Assembly: GCA_965223905.1 (NCBI GenBank)
Contig: CBDCXV010000009.1
Span: 416,001-480,000 of the forward strand
From: Candidatus Latescibacterota bacterium
GTDB lineage: Bacteria; Latescibacterota; UBA2968; UBA8231
Direction: 5' to 3'
Length of the DNA stretch: 64,000 nucleotides
Shown here: piece after piece, positions 18,086 to 28,500 of the stretch
Layout of the letters: the number at the start of each line of letters is the position of its first letter
Position numbering within the stretch: the stretch's first letter is position 1
Position numbers and translations under genes: made by a program
Notes under the pieces: generated by a model
Told to the model about the DNA's origin: nothing
The model's database searches: none
The model's input: only the letters and a program-made list of their open reading frames with translations

Positions 18086-19317
18086 AAGAAGCCCAACAAA
18101 ACGGAGAGGTTCCCACGACCGCCAAGCCTTGGCAGGACGAAGCCCGCGAATTCTTCAATGAGTGGGAAACGCGACGAAATGATCGCAACGCAGCTCCGCG
18201 GAGTTTGGAGCGGCTGCGCAGCTTGGCTTTCCCCCCTGAAAAACCCGCCCCGAGTGACGAACTATCGGACGTCGAAATCCTGGATGCAGCCCACAAGGCA
18301 TGGAAGGAAAACCCCGACGACCCGGCAGTTATTCGCAACCTGCTCAAACCGCCGCTGCTTCAACCGATGACCAAATGGCAAAACGCCACAGATCCGCCCC
18401 CCATTATGTGGCACGACCACCCGGATGACCGTTATGCCCACAGCGTAGTGTCAGAGGGGGAAGTCGGCATCCTGAGCAGTGCCGGCGGAACCGGCAAGTC
18501 CTACCTGTCCCTGGCGTGGGCTCATGCGGCCTGCGCGGCCTATGCGCAAAGGGAAGAATTTGGAACCGCCTGCGGTATGCGAGTAGCTGCCGGCCCGGTT
18601 GCCGTGATCAGCTACGAGGATACTCCGGAACGCATTGCGGTGCGCCTGAAGGCCATAGGCGGCGGCCCGATTCCGGGCGCCCTGCATGTGTGGGAGTATC
18701 CGAACCCCTTGTGGCACGCCGAGGCCGAACAGGGAGGCGGCAGTTTCCCGGCAAAGCAGTGGGGTGACTTGTGGGACCAGATCCGTCAGATCAAGGCAAA
18801 GCTGCTGATAATTGACCCGGCATCGGCCGCACTCGCCGACGTGTCTACCTCAGAAACCGGTCCAGTACGCGCCTTCCTGCGCGAGTTGGCCAAAGAAGCA
18901 AAACGGGCCGGATGCGGTGTTCTGATCGTAGGCCACAATACCAAAGCGGCCCGCATAGCCATAGCACAAGGCGACCTGGAGACGGGGGCCGCAGACCCGA
19001 TAGCCGGTTCGTCGGTGTGGTATGACGGTGCCCGCGGGGTGCTCCTGTTGGCGCGCGACCGGCTATCCAAGCCCGATCGCGTATTGGTTTCGGTCAAGTC
19101 CAACTACGGTGGCATGGGCTGGGGAGCCCGCCTGAAGGAACGGTTCAACGACGAGAAGAAGTTCGCCGGCCTGGAACTGGCAACTCGTATGGACTCCGAG
19201 GCAGTGGAGGGATGGTGCGAGGACGTGAGAAAAAAGAAGAAACCCAACAGACCGAAACCGTCCCCAGAGGACAATTCTGACCCCAATCCGAAACCGGAGA
19301 GGGTTACTGCCGCATGA
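18082..19317 (+). CDS. RepA (RSF1010-type, AAA_25) replicative helicase
   Basis: Walker A SSAGGTGKS, YED, Walker B LLIIDP, GHNTK, AGSS, KSNYG. Confidence 0.85.
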   Translation: MKEAQQNGEVPTTAKPWQDEAREFFNEWETRRNDRNAAPRSLERLRSLAFPPEKPAPSDELSDVEILDAAHKAWKENPDDPAVIRNLLKPPLLQPMTKWQNATDPPPIMWHDHPDDRYAHSVVSEGEVGILSSAGGTGKSYLSLAWAHAACAAYAQREEFGTACGMRVAAGPVAVISYEDTPERIAVRLKAIGGGPIPGALHVWEYPNPLWHAEAEQGGGSFPAKQWGDLWDQIRQIKAKLLIIDPASAALADVSTSETGPVRAFLRELAKEAKRAGCGVLIVGHNTKAARIAIAQGDLETGAADPIAGSSVWYDGARGVLLLARDRLSKPDRVLVSVKSNYGGMGWGARLKERFNDEKKFAGLELATRMDSEAVEGWCEDVRKKKKPNRPKPSPEDNSDPNPKPERVTAA

Positions 19318-21074
19318 AATCCAAACAGCGGAAGGTAGCTCGCGGGCAAAACGAAAACGCTCTACAAGCTGCCCTGGACTTCCCGGAAGAGGCAAGGGAA
19401 AAAGCCTTGCGTCCTGCGCAGCTGGCGAAGTGGAGCGCACTGGACCCCCAGGGTTTTCCCGATGCCATCGCTTTGGTGGCGTCCCTTCGCCAGCTAGGCG
19501 ATTGGCAAGCCCGGCTGCACGACTGGTGGGAACTGATGCGGTTTCCGGCGGAAGCCGAGCCTCCCTCTGGTCCTGGCCCGGTTCACGAAATCAATGGAAG
19601 GAAATTCGACTTGGAGTTCAGGGAGAGGGTGTACGTCCTCCCCCGCGAGGCCCTAGCGGATTTGTCCCGCGAAGACCCTGACCGAGCGGAACGATGGAAA
19701 ACGACAGTGGAAAAGATTTCCAAAACCACCATCGAGGAGCCGATCCACGACGAGCCGGATTGGGAAAAGGTCCTTCCTCAACCGCTTACCGAGGAAGATG
19801 GGGCGGATCTGGCCGAAACCCTTATGCGCCTCGAGACCCGATTTCGCGGGTTCATGTTGAAGAAGTTTCCCTGGCATCCCTTGCCCCCTGTGAATCCGAA
19901 AGGGGTCGCTGCGTGGACCTCCTTGGCCGAAAAAATGCGAAAGGCCCCCGTCAACGCAGATGGCTTGTCAATGCTTGCCCAGGTGAGCCAAAAGGGAGAA
20001 TTCGAACAGAGGCATAAAGTCCTGTGCAAATCCCTGGCGCCGGTGCGCACCGTGCGTCCTGTGGAAAAATCGGTTCTCCCCAACAAAACCCGATTTCCGG
20101 CACTTGGGTTTTCGCAGCAACCCGACTGCCAACTGTACCTGCCTGGATTGGATCCGGTTCCGAATCGGCTGCCTGTGCCCTGTATCCCCCTGATCCTTTT
20201 TGATGAAAACCCGGCATGTCAAGAGCTCTACCACGGCAGCGGTGTTCCGCTTCCTTTGCGGCTTTTCGTTGAGGTATTGCTGGCGTTCGGGGCTCGCCAG
20301 ACGGAGACCCCCCAACCACTGCTATGCACCTTGCGCCAGCTGGTTGATGGCCTATGGCCGAAGGGTTGGCGGCGGCGCCAGGATTGGCCCAGGCTGAAAC
20401 GCAGCTTGGATCTCCTGACCGTGTCCGGCGTCGAGTGGAATAATGAGAAAAAGGGTGGTATTTGGCGACCCATCACCGTGCGGAACGTGCCCCGCGACGG
20501 GGCGGCTTTGGATGACATAATACGGTTCGAGATTCTACTGCCACCCAATAGCCATCAAGGTCCCCTGGTGGATCGTAGCGTTACGCGGATACTCGGCTTG
20601 GGCTCGGCCCCGGCGTATCGGCTTTACCTGGCCGTCTGCTATCTGTGGGACCAGCGTGCCACGTACCGAGGTCGGTTGATCGATTCAACCAAACCGAAGG
20701 TTCTCCGCAACCAGGAAGGCCATCTGGTAAATGCTCATAACGAACCGATTGTTTCCCAAGGCCGTTTCACCAAAAACGCCACTCACAAGCGCGCCGTGAG
20801 GACGGGGGGGCGCGAACGAAATGAGGAGGGCATCAGCCGGGGGTACCCGGCTCTGACTGATCAGGATGTGGAAGCGATGGCCTATCCTGCCGGAAGCAGG
20901 GAAAAGCTGACGAGGCAAGCCCAAAGCAACCGCCGGGTTCGTGCTCGCCAAGCCGTTCACAGGATAGTGAAAGTGGGCGGCGCAATTCTTGAAGAGCTAC
21001 CCGACAACACGGTGCGGTTTCTGCCACCGCGCAGTCACAAGGCTGCCCACGATGCCCGCGCCAGGGCCGCATGA
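19314..21074 (+). CDS. Orphan protein, putative replication initiator
   Basis: 586 aa, ATGA-coupled to helicase, immediately followed by 22-bp repeats. Confidence 0.55.
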   Translation: MKSKQRKVARGQNENALQAALDFPEEAREKALRPAQLAKWSALDPQGFPDAIALVASLRQLGDWQARLHDWWELMRFPAEAEPPSGPGPVHEINGRKFDLEFRERVYVLPREALADLSREDPDRAERWKTTVEKISKTTIEEPIHDEPDWEKVLPQPLTEEDGADLAETLMRLETRFRGFMLKKFPWHPLPPVNPKGVAAWTSLAEKMRKAPVNADGLSMLAQVSQKGEFEQRHKVLCKSLAPVRTVRPVEKSVLPNKTRFPALGFSQQPDCQLYLPGLDPVPNRLPVPCIPLILFDENPACQELYHGSGVPLPLRLFVEVLLAFGARQTETPQPLLCTLRQLVDGLWPKGWRRRQDWPRLKRSLDLLTVSGVEWNNEKKGGIWRPITVRNVPRDGAALDDIIRFEILLPPNSHQGPLVDRSVTRILGLGSAPAYRLYLAVCYLWDQRATYRGRLIDSTKPKVLRNQEGHLVNAHNEPIVSQGRFTKNATHKRAVRTGGRERNEEGISRGYPALTDQDVEAMAYPAGSREKLTRQAQSNRRVRARQAVHRIVKVGGAILEELPDNTVRFLPPRSHKAAHDARARAA

Positions 21075-21086
21075 ATCAGGGAAAAA

Positions 21087-21362
21087 ATGTCCACCTACTA
21101 TGCGTACCCAATCAGCCCAAAGGACCTTTTTTGGGACCTGAAATCAGGATTTCCTCAGGATTGACTTGGAAAAACACGAGAAGGATGTGTTTCCAGCCAA
21201 TTTTGGGGGAGGTACGCATAGTAGGTGGACATCGTACGCATAGTAGGTGGACATGTGCTCTCCTGACGAAGGCCGATCCCCATATACCCCAGTACCCCCA
21301 GTACCTGGGGGTGCTGGGGGAAGGAAACGGCGCGCTTTGAAACGCGCGCCGTTCCTTCCCCA
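21087..21362. repeat. Putative origin: 22-bp iterons plus two GC hairpins
   Basis: GGTACGCATAGTAGGTGGACAT at 21211-21232 and 21233-21254 (tandem), inverted at 21087-21108; hairpins at ~21287-21320 and ~21319-21361. Confidence 0.8.
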
Positions 21363-21505
21363 GAGCCTCGTTGCCGGCCGCCGCCCGAAAAATCGCCTTC
21401 CGGCCACCCGGAAAGCAGCCGTAGGCGAGACGGGGCGTTGGACCCTATCTTTGATATGCTTGAGAGGGTGAGATTTGGAAAAATCTGGGGAAAAAACGAT
21501 GAGCC

Positions 21506-22345
21506 TCACTTCGGAGCAGGCGGCGGTGGATCGGGATCTGCACGATTTTCCTGTCCGGGAGGTTGAGTATTCAGAACTCTTCTCAGACGCCGAATTAGGT
21601 GTTCACCGAGTCGAAGACGTGATTCTTCTAGAACATGCAGCGCGAACTCTTGAAGGACCGATTCGTGAACTCGAACGCCGTGAAACTCGTATGTTAAGGG
21701 ATCTTCGGTATATCCTCGGGTCTCAGGTCGATCCAAAATCTTCTTTTGAGAATGCCACAGAACAACAACGTCTGTTTGTCTGTCAGCAATTGGAACCAGT
21801 AGCGGACCTATTACGTAGTCGCCACACCCTGGAAACTTTGCTCCCACTTCTGAGGATCTGTACCCAGTCAATACAGCATGCCCTTCATCGAAAGCGTTCT
21901 TTACTTGGTCTGTTATTGGAGGAGAAGGAGGGGTCCTCCAATATTCCTCCATCCTAATTCTCTGGGTTGGCCTCTCCAGCGCCACAACAGTCTGCAATCT
22001 CTGAATTAGGTGTTCACCGAGTGGAAGACGTGATTTTTCTAGAACATGCAGCGCGAATTGTTGAAGGCCCAATTCGCAAACTTGAGCACCGTGAAACTCG
22101 GAGGGGTTGGCATGTTCTTGTCCCAGTTTGATTGGCGCAGCCTTCCATTGGGAGTGCCACAGAACAACAGCAGCACGGTTGTCAGCAAATGGAATCAGTA
22201 GCGGGCCTTTTGCGTGGCGGCTACACCCTGGGAACACCTCTTCCACTTCTGATAATCTGTACCTGGGCAATACAACATGCCCTTCTTCGAAGGCGTACAC
22301 TGCTTGCTCTGTTAGTGGACGAAGAAGGGCATCTCCCCATTTCAT
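21506..22345 (-). CDS. Hypothetical protein with two tandem ~130-aa domains
   Basis: Repeated AFxEGH, FPGC, LWHSQ, EFHG, FALHVLE; open across both repeats only on the minus strand. Confidence 0.7.
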   Translation of the reverse strand: MKWGDALLRPLTEQAVYAFEEGHVVLPRYRLSEVEEVFPGCSRHAKGPLLIPFADNRAAVVLWHSQWKAAPIKLGQEHANPSEFHGAQVCELGLQQFALHVLEKSRLPLGEHLIQRLQTVVALERPTQRIRMEEYWRTPPSPPITDQVKNAFDEGHAVLTGYRSSEVGAKFPGCGDYVIGPLLVPIADRQTDVVVLWHSQKKILDRPETRGYTEDPLTYEFHGVRVHESVLQEFALHVLEESRLRLGEHLIRRLRRVLNTQPPGQENRADPDPPPPAPK

Positions 22346-23252
22346 GGGTAAATTTTCTTTCAGGTTGACCTAACGCGGTTAGTGGAAAAAGAGGAGGTGC
22401 TCTTGCTGCAACCAGGGTTCTTCACCCGCTTATTTCCGGAAAAGAAGCCCCCAAAAGAAACGTAGAGGGACGGTATGGGGCAACCTTTCCATTTAGGAAA
22501 GCAAACCCCCTCATCCACCCATGCCCTCCCCTGATCCGCGTTGGATCGGCTCGTCGCTCCAGAACTTTCAGCAGAACCCACGCCGGCAGCCCGCCACCAG
22601 AACGGGAACGACGACCCCGAGAATCGGTCCCAGTAAGCCCCCGATGGCCCCCACCATGCGGCGGCCATCCCCAGAACCGCGTAGCCGAAAACCAGAAGCG
22701 GCCAGCGGCGGTGTCCCGAATCGTCGCAGTCGATCCCCGACCTGAGCGCCACGAGCCCCGATTCGTCCTCGATTCACTTCCCCCCGTCACGCCGGCGACG
22801 AGCCGATTGAACGCGGTTGCGGGGCTTCCAGGGTCGCCCGGCGGCCTTGTCAGCCGGCGCTGAGCGTCGTTCCCCTGAAACAATCTGGACCGCTACGGGC
22901 ATGAAAAACCCCGTTTGCATCCGAATCGCCACCCGATTAGAATTGGTGCTGCCACATATCAACGAGAAACCCGATGTGCCGGGTTTTTCGCTGAATACAA
23001 CAGCCAGAAATTCCCGGCATAGGGGTAGCTCCCCGGTGCTTGGCGAATAGGCGGAACCACATCGTTCTCGTTGATGGTGGCAGGGCCCGGCAACCCTTTT
23101 TTAACAGCCGGGCTTCCTCTCATCCTTTCAGGAGGACGACCCATGCGCTGTGATCTCGCACCCCCCCCCTTCCGCACCACCGGCTGAACCCGCTCAACAG
23201 CTAGACGAGAGACCGGTCCCCTCCGGGATCCTTTCTCGCACGTCCCTACAAA

Positions 23253-23594
23253 ATGGAAACGGCTCCAAAAGCCTGGATGTACGTGAGCCTGTTCGGTGCC
23301 TTTATCGGCTTCGCGATAGGCACTTTTTCCGAATGGGTGGATGAGTGGATGCACAAGCTCCGAATGCTCACCGCGGCCCTGGGCGGCGCCCTCGGCGCCC
23401 TGGCCTACTTCCTGATCTGGGTCCCGTGGACCCTCGACGAAGTCTGCGGCCTTCACCCGCTCGGCTTGTTCCTGGCAGCCTTGATCGGGGGGCTTATCGG
23501 CTGGGTTCACGGGCCGAAAAAGACCGATGAAGAACGACGAAAGGAATCCGTAGAAGCCCACCGGGAGGCGCTGCGGAGAGACGGGCTGATGTAA
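23253..23594 (+). CDS. Small membrane protein (about 3 TM)
   Basis: Three glycine-rich hydrophobic segments. Confidence 0.65.
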   Translation: METAPKAWMYVSLFGAFIGFAIGTFSEWVDEWMHKLRMLTAALGGALGALAYFLIWVPWTLDEVCGLHPLGLFLAALIGGLIGWVHGPKKTDEERRKESVEAHREALRRDGLM

Positions 23595-23905
23595 TGGGGC
23601 AAGCCGAAGCCGATCAGAGACGGAAAGAAAACCAAGCCCGCCGGCAGATGCTGCCGCTAGCGTGGGAATTGAAGCACCAGTGGACGCAGGCCCGCCCGAA
23701 GATGGTGGAGGAGATGAGGGCGGGGGGGGTCTTGTTCCAGTTATTGGAACAGGCCGGGAACCGGGGAGCGGCGATGTACGACCGCCTGAGGGACAAGCAG
23801 GGGCTGAGCCACGAACAGGCGATGGAGCTGGTCTACGACGACCTTCAGAAGCTGCCGGAGGAGAACCAGAAGGAACTGGGGGGGCCGGTGCTCCCCTACA
23901 GCTAA
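23594..23905 (+). CDS. Hypothetical protein, weak TnpV-like resemblance
   Basis: TAATG coupling; G.L..LL...A..MYDRL...AMELVY. Confidence 0.55.
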   Translation: MGQAEADQRRKENQARRQMLPLAWELKHQWTQARPKMVEEMRAGGVLFQLLEQAGNRGAAMYDRLRDKQGLSHEQAMELVYDDLQKLPEENQKELGGPVLPYS

Positions 23906-24017
23906 AACGGCTACTAACCGGAAGCCTCTCCAAATTTGCAAGGGCTTGGTGAGGCGGGGGCCGCGCCCGCCCGGCGGCATCTTCCCCACCACTTCCCCAA
24001 GGAGAGGGAGGGAAGAA

Positions 24018-25187
24018 TTGACCACGAAAAAACGGGGCATCGAGCCGTACGAGCACACAGACAAGACCCGCGCGAACAACCCGGACGTCGGCCTGGTTAC
24101 CCCGTCGACGGATCCGGACGCGGACGCGAAGACCTACGCCCACGACCCCCACCTGGACCCACAGCTGTCCTGGGCCGGCAAGGCGGAGAACACCTCGTTC
24201 GAGGTGCCCACTGTCTCCCTGCACGTGCACGAGCGCATCGAGCCGCGCACCATCATCGAAGCCGTGCGCAAGGGCAACGGCCGCCCGGAAGATCAACTCT
24301 CGTTCTTCTCCCGGCCGGAGGAGAACCGCCCGCTCCGCGAGGCCATCGACTTCTACCGCCACCGACGCAACTGGAGCAACCGCCTGGTCGCCGGCGACAG
24401 CCTCCTGGTGATGAACAGCCTGCTGGAGAAGGAGGGCCTGGGCGGACAGGTACAGATGGTCTACATCGACCCGCCCTACGGCATCAACTACGGCTCGAAC
24501 TTCCAGCCCTTCGTCAACAAACAGGACGTGCCCTCCAGCGACAAGGACGAGGATTTGACCACCGAACCGGAGCAGATCCGCGCCTTCCGGGATACCTGGG
24601 AGCTGGGCATCCACTCCTATCTCTCCTGCCTGCGGGACCGCCTGTTGCTGGCCCGGGAGCTGCTGACGGAAAGCGGCAGCTGCTTCGTGCAGATCGGCGA
24701 CGAGAACGTGCACCTGATGGGCGCCGCGATGGACGAAATCTTCGGCAAAAAAAATCGCGTAGCGACCATCACGTACTTGACGACCGGGGGCAGCTCCGCC
24801 AAGACGTTGCCGGAGGTTGCCGACTATTTGCTCTGGTACGCGAAAGACAAGGACCAGGTGAAGTTTCGGCAGCTGTACGAACCGATCACACGGAGAGAAA
24901 CTATCGATTTTTTCAGTTCGTATGCGGGCATCGAGTTGCCAGACGGTCAGAGCCGCAAACCGACGCCGGAAGAGCGTTTTGATCCAGACAAGCACCTGCC
25001 GGACGGGACGCGGATTTATCGACGCATGAACCTCGCTTCCCGGGGTGCTTCGACTACAGGCCGTTCGGATCCTTACGAATATGAGGGCCGAGTCTTTGAT
25101 GTAAGTTCCGGGGAAAATCTTCAGTGGAGAGTTTCCCCGGAGGGACTAGACCGCCTTGCGGAGGCCACCGAGAACCAACACACTTAA
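24018..25187 (+). pseudogene. Type III R-M Mod-like adenine methyltransferase, 3'-truncated
   Basis: NRLVAGDSL, VQMVYIDPPYG; SAM-binding FxGxG half absent; no res gene. Confidence 0.85.
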
Positions 25188-25478
25188 AAAGGGAATTATA
25201 TACAATACAATCTTACCCACGGCCCCGGCGTAGGGGGGGGGCCGTGGCTATCGCTTGCGCCCGGATTCCTTCAGATACCGCCAGTCCTTCTTTGGCGGAT
25301 TCCGCATTATGGCGCGCGGGACGTTCTCCGGGGTGTCCGGGATAGGCTCCGGTACCGGATGCTCGGCAGGCGGCCTACGGGACGCTTGTCGGGCTGTTTG
25401 TCCTGCTTCTGCTTCCCTTGTTCTCTTTTCATATCAAGGCCATCAGGTAAACGGGCTTGCCCGTATATTCCCGCTTTG

Positions 25479-27647
25479 TCACTGAAGGGCCTTCACCTCT
25501 CCATACAATCTCCGCAGATGATCGTCGGACATGTCGATTATCGGCTCGTACATAAATGAGTTCACATGTATATTCTCTGGTGTCATCAAAGCGACACGAT
25601 CAAGTGTAGCGATCACCTCCAGTTCTTGGGGAAACCTCCTCTTGAATTCGTCCGTCATTCCGCGTGCCTGATTGGCCTCCAAAGTTGCCACCCATGCCGG
25701 ATTGCCAATACGACCAGTCATAAATCGCTCTGCACTCAACCTTATCGCGATGGCCAGTACAATCTTGTTTTCCAAGTTCATCCCGGCGCTTGCTACCAGG
25801 CAAGCTTCGGCCTCCTCTGTCAACAACTCCCACAGCAATTTACCGGGCTTCTTTGAGCCTCCCGTTTCCTGACATATTGCGATATATATGTCATCCAATT
25901 GCCCAACCGTAATCGTCTCGGATCCTGGCTTCCAATGCAGCATAGATGTAAGGCTATCATAGTTGGGGTCTTGCTCACCCGTCGTCATCTCAACGAGATT
26001 GCGCAGGAAGGGGATAGAGGCGATCTTTTTCTTCGGATCGTCAAAGAAATGAAGTTTCCAGTCGCGAGCAAAGATATTCCGGATACCCGCCGCCCTGGCG
26101 AGTGTTATTCCATTTTTGTGTCTCGACGCCATCAGGCAATTTGGGTAACCCACAAATCGGCTCTCTATAGTTCGAAGAAAGTCGAAGTTGTGTGTCATAA
26201 CAAGCAGCTTGAACAGCCCGTCTTCGCTAATGTCTTTAAGGTACTGAATAATCGCGTATTTATTTCGGTAGTCGAAAGAGTCCGCAAGGTCATCTACGAC
26301 GATCAACGTCTCTTGTCGGTTCTTCTTGCGTGTCTCGATCTCGAATATGACATTCAGTACGTATAGTGCCTTTCGCTCGCCAGTGCTTAACGATTGCAAT
26401 AGGTCGTTGCGCCTCAGGTCAGCGCTATCGGCTCCGTCGACATACGTGAACCCGAGGTCGATGATCGAGGTCTGTCCAAGCATCACTTCGGTTTTATTTT
26501 TCGCATCGAGCTTAAACGGCACAAAGAAACGGTCGTTGAATATTTCAATGACATTTTCCCACTGCGTTCTCTGAGTGCGGGCGATGTCCTCGATGTCTTT
26601 CCGGCGTTGGCGCGCAGCGTCATACTTGGTCATCCAATCGGCATATAACGCCTCGTGTGTTTTGAGGTACGACTTTAATATCTCCTGCTTCAGGTTCGCA
26701 GGATTGTTCAGCCGCGAAAGTATCGTGGCATCGTCTCGGACATACTTGTAGAAGTGTCTTAGTTCAGCGTTTCGTGTCAGTTGGCCAGCAACGTCGTCGA
26801 ATTTTCGGCGGAGGGCGGGGTCTGCAAAGATGTCGTCCTTTTCTTTGGAAATTATCTTTTCGAGCTCCTGTCTATCGGCGATCTCCCGGTTGCCTGTCGC
26901 TGCGTTTAGGCTCACGGTGTGCTTGGCAGCAAAGAAGCCGTTGTCAGCGAGGCTCTTCGCAATTTTTCCGGCGTTATAGTAGTCGAACATCCCCTTCTTG
27001 AAGTACGTTGATGCAGAGAGGAGCTCGTTGTATCTTTGGGCATACTCCTCAATTGCGTTTTTTAGGTTTTTTGTATCCAAGCCCTTTAAAACCTTATCAT
27101 TAAATATTTTGTCGTATTCGATTTCGGAGAACGGGGCGTCCGGCTGATCCTCGACCTCGCGCTTGACACGGATCAAGGCGGCGTCGAACTCCAATGCGGT
27201 GGGCATGATGGCGGAGGATATTTCGGCTGCCATGTCTTGCTTTGATCGGGACTGGTTTCGGACGGCGGTCAATAGCGTCTCTTTAGCCGATTCGGTCGCA
27301 CGGAGTAGGTCGTCGTATTCCTTCTTCAACGCGGCATTCAAGAGCAAGGTGGATGTTTGCTCGGTGACGCCGAGGCCCTCGTCGTAGGGGAGTACTACCA
27401 GTACAAGGGCACCCTCGATTTCGCGATTTCGCTCGTCGGTGATTTTCCTCGACGTGGTTCGCTTCGGGAAGATCCGGTCTCCGGATGGCTTTCGTTGGGC
27501 TGCATCTTCAAATGTCTTGGCCAACGAGGATTTCATAGCCCCGTTTGGCGCGTAAAGGGCGTAGGCTGGTGCGGTGGAGTAGTCTAAGTCCGTCTGAAGG
27601 CTCTTTATCCCGTAGCAATTCTTCAGGTCGATCTTGACGCGGTTCAT
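25479..27647 (-). CDS. RloC/PrrC-like (AAA_13) ABC ATPase with coiled coil and conserved C-terminal domain; putative anti-phage protein
   Basis: YAPNGAMKSS, LSTGE, IVVDDLADSFD, MTHNFDF; C-terminal TPENIHVNSFMYEP; lower GC. Confidence 0.75.
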   Translation of the reverse strand: MNRVKIDLKNCYGIKSLQTDLDYSTAPAYALYAPNGAMKSSLAKTFEDAAQRKPSGDRIFPKRTTSRKITDERNREIEGALVLVVLPYDEGLGVTEQTSTLLLNAALKKEYDDLLRATESAKETLLTAVRNQSRSKQDMAAEISSAIMPTALEFDAALIRVKREVEDQPDAPFSEIEYDKIFNDKVLKGLDTKNLKNAIEEYAQRYNELLSASTYFKKGMFDYYNAGKIAKSLADNGFFAAKHTVSLNAATGNREIADRQELEKIISKEKDDIFADPALRRKFDDVAGQLTRNAELRHFYKYVRDDATILSRLNNPANLKQEILKSYLKTHEALYADWMTKYDAARQRRKDIEDIARTQRTQWENVIEIFNDRFFVPFKLDAKNKTEVMLGQTSIIDLGFTYVDGADSADLRRNDLLQSLSTGERKALYVLNVIFEIETRKKNRQETLIVVDDLADSFDYRNKYAIIQYLKDISEDGLFKLLVMTHNFDFLRTIESRFVGYPNCLMASRHKNGITLARAAGIRNIFARDWKLHFFDDPKKKIASIPFLRNLVEMTTGEQDPNYDSLTSMLHWKPGSETITVGQLDDIYIAICQETGGSKKPGKLLWELLTEEAEACLVASAGMNLENKIVLAIAIRLSAERFMTGRIGNPAWVATLEANQARGMTDEFKRRFPQELEVIATLDRVALMTPENIHVNSFMYEPIIDMSDDHLRRLYGEVKALQ

Positions 27648-27892
27648 GTGAAGCACTCCATTGGGCCGGATTCCGAAAAAAATCTTGAGGAAGAAAGAAA
27701 AGGGGGCTCGCACTTTGCGGCGGCCTTCTTTTCAATATACGAAACTTCGAGTGCGGCCGTTATGCTCCGGCGGCACTCCGTGGGGAACATTTCGACCCGG
27801 AAAAACGCCAAGAACCGGGCAATCAGAAAAAGTAGCCAGGCCTGGGGGACGGGGACTTGTTCGAAGTTCGGCCGCGGTAGGCTCGCCCTACT

Positions 27893-27979
27893 TCAGGCAA
27901 TCAGGTCTTCGTACCGCAGCCGCCGTCCGTCCATCCGGGCGGCGGCCCGGTTCATCTGAATGATGGTGTCCTTTTCCCG
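27893..27979 (-). pseudogene. IS1595-family transposase C-terminal remnant
   Basis: DTIIQM...MDGRRLRYEDLIA*. Confidence 0.6.
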
Positions 27980-28500
27980 GGGTCTATCCGGGTTTTTCAA
28001 CGGCGAAACCTGAGAACATGACAAGGCCATAGGTCGTTCCCTATGCTTGGTGTATCCCCATCAAGCACTCCCCAGGAAAGGGAGGCGACCTATGACCGCT
28101 ATAAGTTCGTCTCCAAGATGTTCCAATTCAAGGGGTTTCGCGCTGTCGACGTGTGGTTCGAAGGACGCGGGGAAGAAGCGGCCGTCGTGGTTGCGGTGCA
28201 GCCCACAAGAATGGGTGCCGCTGTCCCCGGTGTGGGCGCCGGGGCAAGATCGTACCGGTCATGGAGCCCCGGCGCTGGCGCGACGTCCGGGTTTGCGGCC
28301 GTACCCTCTGGTTGCACCACGCCCCTCGAGAGATCCGCTGTCCGACCCACGGCCGGCACGTCGAGGAGGTTCCCTGGTCGGCCCCTTCGGCCCGGGTCAG
28401 CTACCGCTTCGAATATCTGGTGCTGAAGTACTGCCAGTGGATGCCGCAGGTGGTGGCCGTGCTCCTGCTGGGTCTGGCCCCATCGACGCTGTCCGATCAG
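27980..28500 (+). mobile_element. ISL3-family left end and frameshifted 5' transposase fragment
   Basis: CPRCG...RRWRD...REIRCPTHG.HVEEVPW zinc-finger region. Confidence 0.75.

Noticed and set aside
21087-21254. 22-bp repeats as a CRISPR array
   Set aside because: Tandem without spacers, one copy inverted, no cas genes
21475-21957. Plus-strand 160-aa ORF
   Set aside because: Shadow of the minus-strand duplicated-domain gene; its second repeat contains stops
5765-22345. Conjugative relaxase/oriT or T4SS
   Set aside because: No relaxase, coupling-protein or VirB4 motifs recognised
22560-22760. Hydrophobic minus-strand fragments as a membrane gene
   Set aside because: Split over frames with no credible start; too weak to call
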